DNA of 64,000 bases from Amoebophrya sp. A120 (lineage: Eukaryota; Protista; Dinoflagellata), in assembly GCA_905178155.1 (NCBI GenBank), contig CAJINV010000001.1, positions 4,630,747 through 4,694,746 on the forward strand, in the 5' to 3' direction. A program made the translations under genes and the position numbers. The notes under the pieces are model-generated. The model did no database searches, had not been told where the DNA came from, and saw nothing but the letters and a program-made list of their open reading frames with translations. Within the stretch, counting starts at the first letter, position 1. Each line of letters opens with the position of its first letter. Shown in pieces: positions 1 through 12,300 of this stretch.

Positions 1-387
1 ATAAGCTTTGAATGCGAATCCGGAAGCCCCCGATGACCCAGATACCTTCCTGGCCAGGGGGCCAGTTTCTCATGCAGGGGGCTTGCAGAAGAAGGAGTGG
101 GACTGTAATCAAAAATAAATAGCGCCAAAGCGCGGCCCGCAGGGCCGCGCTTTCGCCGCGCGGCTGGTTAGGCTTTCGCGCTGGTTAGAATTTCGCGCAC
201 GCATTTGGTTACCAATATCGCCCTCCGGGCGCGACCTTCATACCTGAAAGAACCGGGGCGACTTGCTTCCATTGCTGGTCCTGGTGAAGACGCACCACCA
301 GCGAGGTTTTTTTTCGTTTGTATTTGATGTTTATGTATAATTTCTATTTGAATCAAGCTAGCTTTTTTCTACCGGATAAGTCAGGTA

Positions 388-3300
388 ATGAGTCTGGACG
401 CCGAAGCGGGGCGAGACTTGATGCAGATGCATGCTTTTTTGCACACCAAGGTGAACCGGACTCCCTCCGCAGCGGGTGGCGCAGCGCAAACAAGCGCGCC
501 GAATCCCGACCCGCGGGAGTTCGTTCCCCGCGCGAAACCGGACTTACGGGACTCCCACCCCAGCGGGTACTGGAGAGCCTTGCGAGCGCTTTTTTCGGCG
601 GAGACGACACTCATCCAAAATGAATGGCAGAACAAGTGGACGGAGGTGCATACGCAGCAACCGGATGAACAAGCAGCCCGAGCGGCGTATCGGCGACACT
701 TCGCAGCGGAAGTGGGGGACACCGCTCACGAAACAGACCTTTTCGACGAGCATCGATCGCAGGCCACGCTGGACAAACGGACGGAGCAGGACTGGACACC
801 GCAGCAGAAAACGAGGCAGGCCCAGGCCATCTTCCTCCTTTCGCACGTGGCGGACCACATCGACACAGTTTACGAGCATCGCGCAGGTGCGGCAAGAGCA
901 GATGTGTCCATAACATACCCAGGAGGGGAGTCAAACGTTAGCGACTTGTCGGACAGTCGCGACTTCGAAGTGGAGGCCACATGCGGGAGAAGCTCCGATG
1001 CAAACAATTCCAAGGTCTTTCACGAGAACAACAATTATTGTGTGAGGATGAAAGTGTATCACTCAGAAAAAAAGAAACCTGTAGCACAGCATGCGACGGC
1101 GTAGACTTTTCGAGATAGTACGTGAATAACGTCTGTCTCGCTTTGTTGCATGTCGGTGACATAAGTGGGGTGGCGGCGGCCCGTAACAGAATTTTGTATC
1201 GATTGCGTCATCACAGAGCCTTTATCAATCATGGCAAACAAGGTATTTTTTCTGTGTCATAAAAGTGTATTTCAGAAATGGGACAAAGACCAGCGTGACG
1301 TCGAGAAGAAGGGGCAGACGTTCGTACAAAAGGGAAAGATTCCGAGACAGCGTTTCGACGGTATCCAGACTACCTACTTCGGAGGCAGTTCCCAAAGAAC
1401 CTGGTACCTACTGGGTCCGGGTGACTATGTCGTGGGCTTAGACCCCAGAAGCAACGGACAATCGGAATACGAAGCGGAGTATCAAAATGAAAAATCCCCC
1501 CTCCCCCATATCAAAAGGGAAATCTATGATGGGATTTGTGTACACAAATCGGATCTGTCTTGCAGTAGAGCACTGCGCGCAGACCCTAAGGCTGGGCCGG
1601 GGTCTTCTGGTGTAGGCCCTTAGCATGGCAGATGTCTGCCCTGTAGGCCTTACAGCATTACAAATCGCCTGTAGAGCGCGGCGGACTCTCTGGATTTGCA
1701 TGGTTGCAAGACAGACAGGATTTGGCCACGAATCTGTGTCGGAAATCTCGAGACGGATGCGTTCGCAATGTGGGGAGGGGGGATTTTTTCCCGCAATACG
1801 GAGCACAACATGGCTCCCCAGTCTGCGTGGCGCGAGTCGTCGACGCCTTCCCACGCCGCCCATGACGATCCGGCCGGAGGGGAAAACAACACGCGCCATC
1901 AACTAGAGCGTGTGGGACAGTGGTACGATCGTCGCGCTGCGAGCGCACACGACCGGTGGCTATACGACGACGGACAGCGACGAAAGAGAGCCTTGGAGGA
2001 GGACATGAAAGAGAAGCTGAGCGCTCGCATCCGTCAATCTATCGCAAGGAAAACTTCCCGTGTGCCCGTGCTGTTCCTACCCCGTTCTTGCGTGCTGACC
2101 CACCTGGCGTAAATGCCCCTTGAAGGAGCTGGTCGGTCAGAATTGAAATTCGCAATGCGCGAAGTCGTTCGACTATATGCATGGCCGCTCCGCTGCTGTT
2201 GCATGAAGCACACCTTTTTGCAGACGCCCAAGCTAGTCTATCCAGTCACATCTTTCTTGAGGGTTGCGTGTGCGTTTTGACTGGTTTTAGGAGCGGCGCA
2301 GATTTGCAGCTTTGCATGAAGGGCTTCAGTCACGCATGAAAATGGACGGCCCGGGCTCGCCTTTGCTTTTCCGCGTGACAAAGGCAGAACGTACTCTCAT
2401 TCGGCACGCCACGCCGGCTCGTCTGGACGGCTTCGTGACGTCCGCGTACAGTGAAAGTGAGCGGACGCGTTTTGCTACCCGGAAGCTGTGGGCGGGGAAA
2501 CTGAAAACTTCGGCGAAGCTGACGCTGCGACAGCGGTGGCTCTGGTACGGCGGTGCCAAGTTTCATGAGTCCATGACGGGGGCCGTGATGCCGCACGACA
2601 GCTTTTTCGGGACGAGCACACCGTGGATGGATTGGCAAGGCAACTGGAATGGAAGATGGCTCGACTACCAGTTCCATGCTGTGGTGCGCGAAACCGGCGC
2701 CGAGGACGATGCAAGCTTCCGGCAGGGGAGCGGCCAAACCGATCCGTGGAACCTCGAAAATTTTCCTATCCTCTGCAAAGAAATATTGCGCAGACGCGCT
2801 TCATTGATCATCTGCTCCGTCCAGTGGTTCGTTGTGAAGTATGTATGTGAAAATCATGTCGTACGTACGTACTGGCGACCCTTGTTCAGGGAAAATCTTC
2901 CGAACCGCCTCAGGGGTCGTGCACTTTCGAAACAGTTAAAACAGACACCCACTGTACTTGCTTGTACGGTACTTACAACATAATTACCGTGTCCCCCTGA
3001 TGGAGAGGGCCAGCGCGATAGATCTTTGCAGTTGATATCTTTTGCGCTACTTCACCTGTACGCCTGGGACGCAGGAGCCCGGATCTACAAGGCGACGCCG
3101 AAACCAAACCGTGAGGCGGTGTGGTCTGAAGCCCCAGCTGAAGCCAAGAATACGTCCGGCGAGTACAGCTACCGCTACAGACCCGTAGATAATGCTGGAG
3201 GTTTTGATTCGCAAGAGCTGGATGCGGAAGGTCAGAATCACCGTGCGGCCTACGGCGCTGCGCTACAACAGCACATAACGGGGGTGCCCTGGGCCCTTGA

Positions 3301-6300
3301 AAACGGTTATTTCGCCCGCGGCTCCCGAAGAAGGCAACAACACACGACCAGAGATGTCAACAACCAGCTCGAGAGTACGAGTAGGGAGGAGTACGAGGAC
3401 GAATGGCAAATTCCGCGACGGCCGGTGCCGGGTACCGGACCTCGGTACCCGGCGCCATTTCGACCTCAGGTGGTTATTACAGGGAAAAATGCACCCACCC
3501 CAAAAGTTGCAATACTTGAGAGTGCGAAGTTTCCAAATGAAAACTTTGTGTCATGCATGAAAGGACTATGAATCTTTCTGATGCAGAGTCTGGTCGTATA
3601 CAGCATCGCCTGCATGACAATCGCCGCGCTTGCTGGGGTATTCTGCAATAACAAATTTTTGCTATTCACGACTGCAAATCTGATATATGCAAGAGGGCGA
3701 GTGTTTCCATTGAAAATGAAAAGGTTTGTAATTACAAATGCTCCCAAGTTCTGTCTGGGGTGAGGGCATTTTTCCTGACAATAGTGGTGGTGCAGAGTTT
3801 AGGGGAGGGCACAGTTTCCACCTCTCCCGTCTTCCGCCACTTCCTGCTGAACTCGTACGTGGGCTCCACGACGATCTCGGCTGCCACGCCCGCGGACGGC
3901 GCGGCGGCTACGGAACTCGAGTTGCGCAAAAGACTGCACGAGCTGCTGGTGCGCGGGCTTTACTACACGTCGCACCGAGCCACCATAGCCGTGTCCTCGG
4001 TTTCGGGACGGCGCAGCGCAGGTGCCGTACTCCTTCCTGGGGGTGGTGCCGGGGCGGATGTGGAGCAGAAGCTGCTGGCGGACGGGTATCGACGAGTGAG
4101 CACCACGGGGGTTAATCCCCCCAGCGAGTGGGAGCGCAGCGCAACGGAAATGCGGCAGCAGCGGTGGTGGACCCTGCGGAGCATCCTGGCCGCGCCGCTG
4201 GTGGTCGAGAAAGACCAGCAGAGCGAGTACCGACTGCAGGTGCGGCACGAGCTCCAGCTGTCGCTGCTGCTGCACGGGTTCGAGCGGACCCCGCAGTTTC
4301 TGCAGGAGCAGGGGCCTCTGCTACTGTTCTACATGGTGGCGCTCTCCGACCCTTGGGGCTTCCTCGATCAGGCGGGGCTGGACCGGGAGCGGTTCGCGCG
4401 GTTCTTCCGCACGCAGGTGCTCGACCACTTGAAGGCCAGCAAGCCGCTCGCAACGTTGATGGAGGCCGTGACGCAAGGCGCCTCGCACCGGGCCGCGAGA
4501 CTGGAGTCTGCGCGCGCCGCGGGCCACGGAGACGTGCTACGCCTCCGGGTGTTCTACCGGCTGTTGTTCAAGCTGTGCCAGTTCCTACGGGCGTTCTTCC
4601 CCGATCTGGAGGCGCCGGACGCAGCAGCCCCCTCGCTATCAAATGCAACTAGGTCGGAGTCTGGATCATCAGTGCACATGCTTGTGGTCGTGCTGTTTTT
4701 CCGTGACTCAGAAGGCATGCAGGCTCTAGCATCACTTACAGGTAGTTTTGAGACGGCATGACAAGTGCGCTGCTGCACTTCCGCTCAGCATGGGCATGAA
4801 GAAATACAACTTTTGTGGAGTAGTAAATTCAAGGACGGAACATATCAACATCCGGCAGCACGTTGCGATGTTTTCGCAGCTCTGCCCCTAGAAAATCTCC
4901 TGCGTCCGAAGCTCCTTGCGGCAACGGAGCAAAGTTCTTTATTCGATTTGGTGCAGTCCGGTCGTATGCATGAAAAAAATCCCCTGTCTCGGTAGCAAGA
5001 CATGGGTACAACTATTAACTTTTGCTGTCCTCTATGTGGGAGAGATTTATTTCTTGGTGTAGGTTGAAATATGCGCATGATCCAGACCTAGACGTGTTTA
5101 CAGTGGATACAACCCCCCGGCGGGCGGTGACGACGTGCAGGGGCTGCGGGTGCTGCTGGAAGGGTATCTGCTGGAGCTGCACCAGCTCGTGGTGGGTGAC
5201 CTGGCCGCGGCCGATCGCGCGCGACGGGCTCCTGCTGCCGACCGTGCAGAGGCGGGCGAAGCGGACGGGGAGCAGGACCGCGCCTGGAACCAACTCAGAG
5301 AGGAGGCGATCTACCACGTGCACCGCGTGAGTCAGGATGCGCTGGTTGTGGAGGCCCTTTTCTTCGGATCCGCCCGGGAAGCGTCCTACGTGTATCACGC
5401 CCGGTGCCGCGGGGGCCTTGGTACCGATAGCGAAGACGGCACCATCAACACGTCACCATCACCCCGGACGAACCTGTGTCTGTCTAACGCCATTTTTCTG
5501 AACTGCCTCTCGCGCCGATATTACCTCGAGTCTGAGCACGCGGGACGGCTAGTGATCGATCAGATGGAGATATCCAAGAAAAAAAGATTGTAGGTGTAAC
5601 TTTTTTGGCTGATCAGCATTATGGCAGGACAGCAGAAACCTGTCATGCGCAGATAGCATGTCAAAACGCGCTTGAATGGACCACCCTGCAATGCATATGT
5701 CCAGCATGACAGACGCAATCATCTTACGTGTTGCGCATCACGACAAACTTACACTAACAATGTTTTTTTCCTGCATAGGAGAAGCACGATCTCGCCCGGG
5801 CGCGGTTGTGGATTCGCCAGGCCGACTACGCCGAGCAGCGGGCTGTGGCTGGCAACCCCCGGAGCTTCGCGAGTGCAAGTACCAGGCATGGAGTCGCGTG
5901 GTGTGTCGTGGATGTGTTCTGGCCACCGGATGCCGGTCGTGAGGAGACGCCTGAGACTCGCCTGGGAGCTTGGGGCACGTGGGGACAGGAAGATTTGTTC
6001 GTGAAAGTTACGGATGGAGGCGTAGAAAAGGCGATCAACCCCATGACGGGGGCCGCGATGCTGGTGGAGGGGCAAGCGCAGTTCGAAAACTTCCCAAAGA
6101 TCCCGCGCGGCTGGGCCCGAAGCCCCTTGTTTCAGCGCCTGTTCTCTCAGCCGTCAGACTTTGTGCAGTGCCTGGTACGGGAGGTGAGCGTTTACGGGCA
6201 GCGGTACTTCCAGATTCGCAATTCTCGGGTACGAGACTTACTCTTTCGCCCGGAGTCCACAGCAGGCGGGGACGGACTGCCCGAGAATTCCAGTCCGCGG

Positions 6301-9300
6301 GTGTACTGGCGAAGGCCGGGCACCTCTGAGCTGTTCGAGTTGTCCCGTGCGGAAGAAGTGGAGGACCTAGCGCGGGAGGTCGAGCGGAGCGCACCCCAGC
6401 TGGGCAAAACGCGGACGGTGTGGACGATATCAAATGCAAAAATGTCTGGGTCTGGAAGATTGCTAGATTTGTGATGCAGGTCTTCCATGACCCACGCGGT
6501 CTTGCATGCACGGCCTAGCGCGACAGGTTCTGTGAGATCTCTATTATGCCTTTGTTCCTGCGTGAGAGACTGTCTCTAAAAAACTTGTTTAAAAGTGGAC
6601 CTCTTTTGGTAATCATGCAACACTTTAGAGCTTGACCCAATCTCCCCGAGATCAAGCCCGTAGGCTTTGTTCGTAAAGGGGGTGACTTTGGTTTTAGAGC
6701 AATCTTCCACTCGTGATAGACAAAGGCTAGTGCATTAAAGGTTGAGGGGTCGAATGAATCACGCAACAGAAATTTTTCCACGATCCAGATGTAGCATGAC
6801 AAGCTACACTCTTCCTGACCCAGACATTTCTTCAATGTATAGACGACACTGCGGGACAAGTTTGACTTTTGGGTGAAGCAGAACCCGGACGAACGGGGGA
6901 CAGCCGCCGCGTTAGCGCCGGCGGTCTTACTGGCTGTGAAGCGGGAGAGAGCACGGGGGGAACCAGAGCCGCTCATCCCCTATCCTGAGTAAAAACGTCC
7001 CCACACCAGAGATGTAATGCAGATTTGCAAAGACAGGAAGACTCGTAATACGCATCCCCATGAGAGCCATTTCCAATCGTGTTTTGGAATTTGTGATGCT
7101 CTGAACAGGATGAGCAGATGAATCTGTGATGCGGCTGCACTTGCTAACCTGCACTACACTGCAGAGTGCAACTTGTCATGCGTGACTCACAAAACTCCTA
7201 GGTTTGTGTTGCAAAATCCCCATCCTGACTCTGGTGTGGCTACGTTTTTACTCAGGATATCCCCTCGGGCGTAGTCAGTCACCCGCAGGCGATGTTCACA
7301 CTCACGGAGGCGGGGTACCTGACGCCCCACCGCAGTGACTCCACGGGCTTGCCGAAAGACTACGCAAACCTGTTTGGCACAGTGCAGGCGTATCAACATG
7401 CAGCTCAAGAACGCGGCGTGGGCGGCGAGGGCCGGACGATCTCGTGGCGCCTGCTGGCGCAGGGAAATATCGTTGGCGGGGATTTGGACCAACAAGCCTT
7501 AGTGCGGCAGTTGCTTCGCAGCGGTGGCAGGGATGTGACCGGCCTAGACCTGAACCCACAGTATGTCCGCGACATGGTCGGACGGGTGCGAGAGGGCAAG
7601 GGAATCACGCAGATGGGCATTTCTATGAAGTGCAAGTATGTTGTCTGGGTCCTCCGGAAGACCGCAGGACGAGTTTCCCATGCTATTGTTCCATGACCCG
7701 ATGAAAGGTCTAGCATGCAAGCCCTGATATTTTACAGGGTTGCAGAAGTAGGTGTCTCAAACTCAATGACTAAGCCGCATGTTGACAAGGTTCGTCTACT
7801 TCCGGCGTGTCAGTAAAGTGGGCATCAACTTTTGCTGTCCATGCATGACAGATTTTTGTGCGGTTTCATGTGCGCACGACGAGTTTGCACGCTTCCAGAC
7901 CCAGATCGATATTTGCAATGCATAATTTCGGTGGAGGCGCAACTGAGTTGGGAGGCGCATGAAGTACCAGTACGCGAGGACGGGTCCGCCGAGAGGCTGA
8001 TCGCGAACGCAGTGCAATTTCCGTTGCTGGCTGCGGGGCGCGGGGACTCCGCCACCTGGTTGACGTTTGTGCGGCCGGGGGAACTCAGCCCGTGGCACCG
8101 CTATTGGCACGCAGCCGAGGACCCGACGTACGTCCTCGCGCGAAGGGCCGTCGTTCCCGGATGGCCGAGCTTGCGCCACGCGATTGCCTTGCGCGAACGC
8201 CCCGCACGGCCGGAGGATGATGTTGACGATTATTACAACCACGTAGTACAAGGAGCAGGAGCAGCTGCACAAGCGCATCGCAACATGGACGAGGTCCAGC
8301 GGACGGAGAACACGTGGACGCAGCTGCGTTCGTTGCGGCTTCTGGTCCTGCGCACCGCACTGCCGCTGCAGCAAGCCCGGAATATCGACCTGATTCGGGA
8401 CTACGCCGTCACGGTCCCGGAGCTTCGTGGCATCCAGGCTGCAGGAGCGCCACTGCCGCAATACGTTGTGATCGATGCGAAAACGCAGGATCAACAACCT
8501 TACGAGGAATTCATAATCCAAGCAGAAGGCGAGGGCGACACACAACTACAGGAACAAGCTCCGCAGGAGCCAGGTGCTGGCGCGGCAGTTCAAGTCGAAG
8601 AGCCAGGTCAGTGCCCGATATGTCTGGACGACATTGATATGAACAGCCAAGAGTACGTTTACTGCGCGGGAGGTCGAAGACTTAACCACTATTTCCACAA
8701 GGCATGCAGCGGGGATCACGCCAGGGAAAACTCAGAGGCGCGGTGCCCATTGTGCAGAGAAGCAGGGGGGTTTAGGATTGCCAATGCTGGTCCAAACATG
8801 GGCAGCCGGTACCCGCCAGCCAGGAATGCGGCGGCGGGAGCTCCTGCGGCGGCGGGAGCTGCACAGGAGGTGGATTTCTTTTCTGTAGTACCGCGGCGCG
8901 AAGACGCAAGCTGGAGAGGCCCGTCCGAGGAGGTACAGGTTGCCCGACCCGACGTCGAGCGTGCAGAGTTGAATGCGCCTTTCCTCGGCGACGCGGAGGC
9001 GCAGACGCAGGCGGAGCTGTACCTCGCCTACCTGTCGTATGGAAGTGCCATGCGGGGAATCCTCGAATTCGATCTATATTGGAACAATTTGAATGCAGAT
9101 GCACCCCCCGCCATTTCTACAACCAGGCTCATGCGAGTCGTTATGGTGGTGGCCCGAGAATGATGGCCGTGGCACTTCTCGGTTGCCCGTGTCGTACTCA
9201 TTCTCCGTGCGCGACGCCCTTCATCTACGCCCTATGGCCAGTAGGAAGGCAAAGGACGCCGCGTGTTTGTAGTTTAGTGTGAGTCCTCTCTGTCTCCACC

Positions 9301-12300
9301 ATTCTCGGCCAGTGGTCCCCGTAGCCACACCATTTCCGGCTTCGTCTCATGTTTTTCGCGCGCGAGGCCGGGTGAGGCTAGTCCTAGTACAACTTTTTGT
9401 ATTGTTTGCGAGTGAAAACTGAAAGGTATATTCTCATTAAATCTTACATTGAGGATTTTCCCACCTGGTGCTTCCATACCTCCCTTGTGCTCCCGGAGGC
9501 TCGTCCCACGCAGGCGATGGAGATGCTGCGACACATGGTGAACCCGTTGACCACCTACTCGGCTGAGTCCAAAGGCATTTTGCGGAACATGGTGCGGTCG
9601 AAGGCCGCGGCCGCGGCAACGAAACAAGACCGGTCGCACCCGGACGCGCTGCGGGCCCGCTTGGTGGCGCTGGCGCGGCTGCTGCGCAACGAGCTCCGCC
9701 ACAGCGCCAACGGAGCAGGGGAGGCGCCTGCGGAAGCTGCCGAAATGGCCAAGGAAATCGCGGGCGAGATTGAGCAGCTGGTTCGCGGCGGAGTAGCGCT
9801 GCGGTCGCTGCGGCTGAATACTCGCGCTCAGACGAATTTCTTGGGTGAACACGACGAAGCAGCTGTCCTCGATTGGGTTTTAAACCACTGCGGCGAGGCG
9901 GCAACCGCGGATGTAATTTATCGCGATTACAAGAACTCTAAATTTTCAACCCCGCGTGGCTTGGAAAGTCGTGCGCTTGGTGATCAATTTTTGCGCACGT
10001 CAGATTCAGACCAAACTCTGCATGCGGGCTGCTCGTGTAAATACTTCCCTGTTCTTCGCAGCCGCATGCCGTGGGAACACTGTATATGAGTACTTATGTA
10101 TTTATTTGTTGATATATCAGGTCCTGTTCTTGCCGGCTCGCCTGTTGACAAGGGTCGTCCAAGATGCTTGCGCGAAATTTTTTTCATGTTCATTGATGAT
10201 AGGCATTCCGGGGAGGTTTTCGTTATTTAGGCAGAGAGGTCTGGCGCAGACGACCACGCGCAGGAACGTTGGCACAGTAGCAAAACAGCCACTATAAATG
10301 AAATCACAGTTGTTGTATTACTAGGTCGAGTTGCATTTGTTCCATAGCGTGCCCCAGGCCGCGGGGGGGTATATTGATTTTTTCATCGTGATAGTCCACG
10401 CAAAGCGATCGAAGCCTTCGCGAAAGCCGAGGCAAGTACCGCAGTACAGCCAAACCTGCTCGTCAAGCTCGGAACGCTGGAGCGAATGGATGACACAGTG
10501 CCGGCTGCGTGGCGCATTGCAAACTACGCGAACAGTGGTGGGGCCGCAACAGCCGGGTTTCTGTTGATGCCCCCGGGGCAACGAGATAACTTGTCGCAAC
10601 ACAGGAGCGGGGAGCAAGAACTACAGGAGTTCATGTCTCAGTACGTTTACAGCGAGCAAGGGCTTTCCGACCGCGACAAGAGAAACCGGCGCGAAGCCTT
10701 GGCCGGCGGAGTTTTGCAGCGGCGGAATCTGAGAGATCATTGTGCAGAGATCAATCGGCTCCATAATTCGGGGACTCGTCACCGGCCTGGTGATAAGGCT
10801 CTCCTTCGCCTGCGTGGCTTTTACGGCTGGGTCAAGGGCGTAGATAGTGCTGAAGCAACAGAGGTCCGAGTCCGCCTGGAAAGAAAGCTTGTCTGGATGC
10901 TTGGTTCGGAATCTCTGGATTTGCAGCAGTGGCGGCCACCACGACCCGACCATGAAACCGAATTTGCGAGAGAACGTCGGAGGCACTTACTGCTGACGTG
11001 TTCTTCCACTTATTTTCTGATGCGAGCATTGCTGTGGACGCGTGCCAGAAGAGTCCCCCTTCCCGACCCGCCTCAGTTTCCGTGGGAAAGAAATCAAAAC
11101 GCACCTGGCCAAGGCAACAGAGCGAGGCAAGCGCACCAGGCGGAGGCAAGCGCACCTGGCGACGGCAATTGGGTAGACATTGATTCGCTAAACCTTCGGA
11201 CGGAGCTCGACACAAACGTTTTCTTGGACAGTGGAAACGGTTCTCGGCATTACCACGTCGTGAACACCCAAAACAGGTCGGAGAGGCTGGTGGTCAGACG
11301 AGCGACGGCCGGGGTAACGGCGACGGAGGACGATCCTCAGTACCGTAGTTTGCGGGAGGAGCAGCACAGGAAGGAGCGGGAGCTTGCACACACAGAAGCC
11401 AGTCTTCCGGGTGCGCGTGCACAGTTACGAGCGAGCGTGCAAGCGACGCAAAACTTGCGGGACCAAATAAATGATCGGTGGACATTTCGTACGCTTCCCC
11501 AAGGGGAGCGAGACAGAGTATGGGGTCTTTATTTTGACGCACAGAACCGAGAGACCCGGCCGCGCGATCAGGTACAAACTCTCGAGGGACAGCAAAGAGA
11601 TCTCACGAGGCAGATCGAAGGACTGAAAACGAATCGCAAGAACCACTGGATGCGAGTTCGCTCGCAGTGGATTAAAATGGAGTGGAAAGCTCGTGCGTTG
11701 GAGCCCTGGCTCATGCAAGTGCAGAATGACGTGATTGCCCCTTTTCAGCAACACTTGGACGATATTCGTTTCACCGGAGCAGCAGCAGACGTCGCGACGA
11801 CGTCGAATTTAGACCAGTTCCCTCCGCGACGCGCTGATCGATTAGCGTCGGTTTTCGGCGGACCGACACGCGCCCAGGTCCGGGCACTGCGCCCCGGACA
11901 GCGGCCCGCCCGGCTGACTTTGCCCGAACCTGCCAGGTCCCAGACTGCTTTGGAATGGCTGCGCGGCCGCCGAGAACCAGACGCCTCCGTGCGACTCGTA
12001 GCGGACGACGAGCCTCTTGGGAAAGCCCGCGCTGTGGTGCGAGAGCTAGGTCGAGGCAAGTTGTTCTTTCGGGACCTTCTCGACGCCGTTTCACCCGAGG
12101 CGAACCAGCAGCAAGCGGGCCCGATTCTCGAGGAGCTGCTACACCGCTACGAAAGAGACCGGGACACGGCCCGCGTTTTGGAGCGCGCAGCGCTGGAGAG
12201 CGTCCTGTTTCTCACCCCGACCGGCACGACCGGCGACGCAGAGGAGGCGGTGCTGACCTACCTGCACCGGTCCCGCAGCGTGTGGCGCATGCATGACCTG

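Noticed and set aside
2040-2320. Possible additional TIR element starting TATCGCAAGGAAAA at 2040
   Set aside because: No matching right end with a DR or the +5 frame rule was found. A GT-AG intron 2109-2301 would fit the frame but is unproven.
9075-9450. Gap between ORFs as another TIR element
   Set aside because: No inverted termini or DR found; it may be an ordinary intron or a gene boundary.
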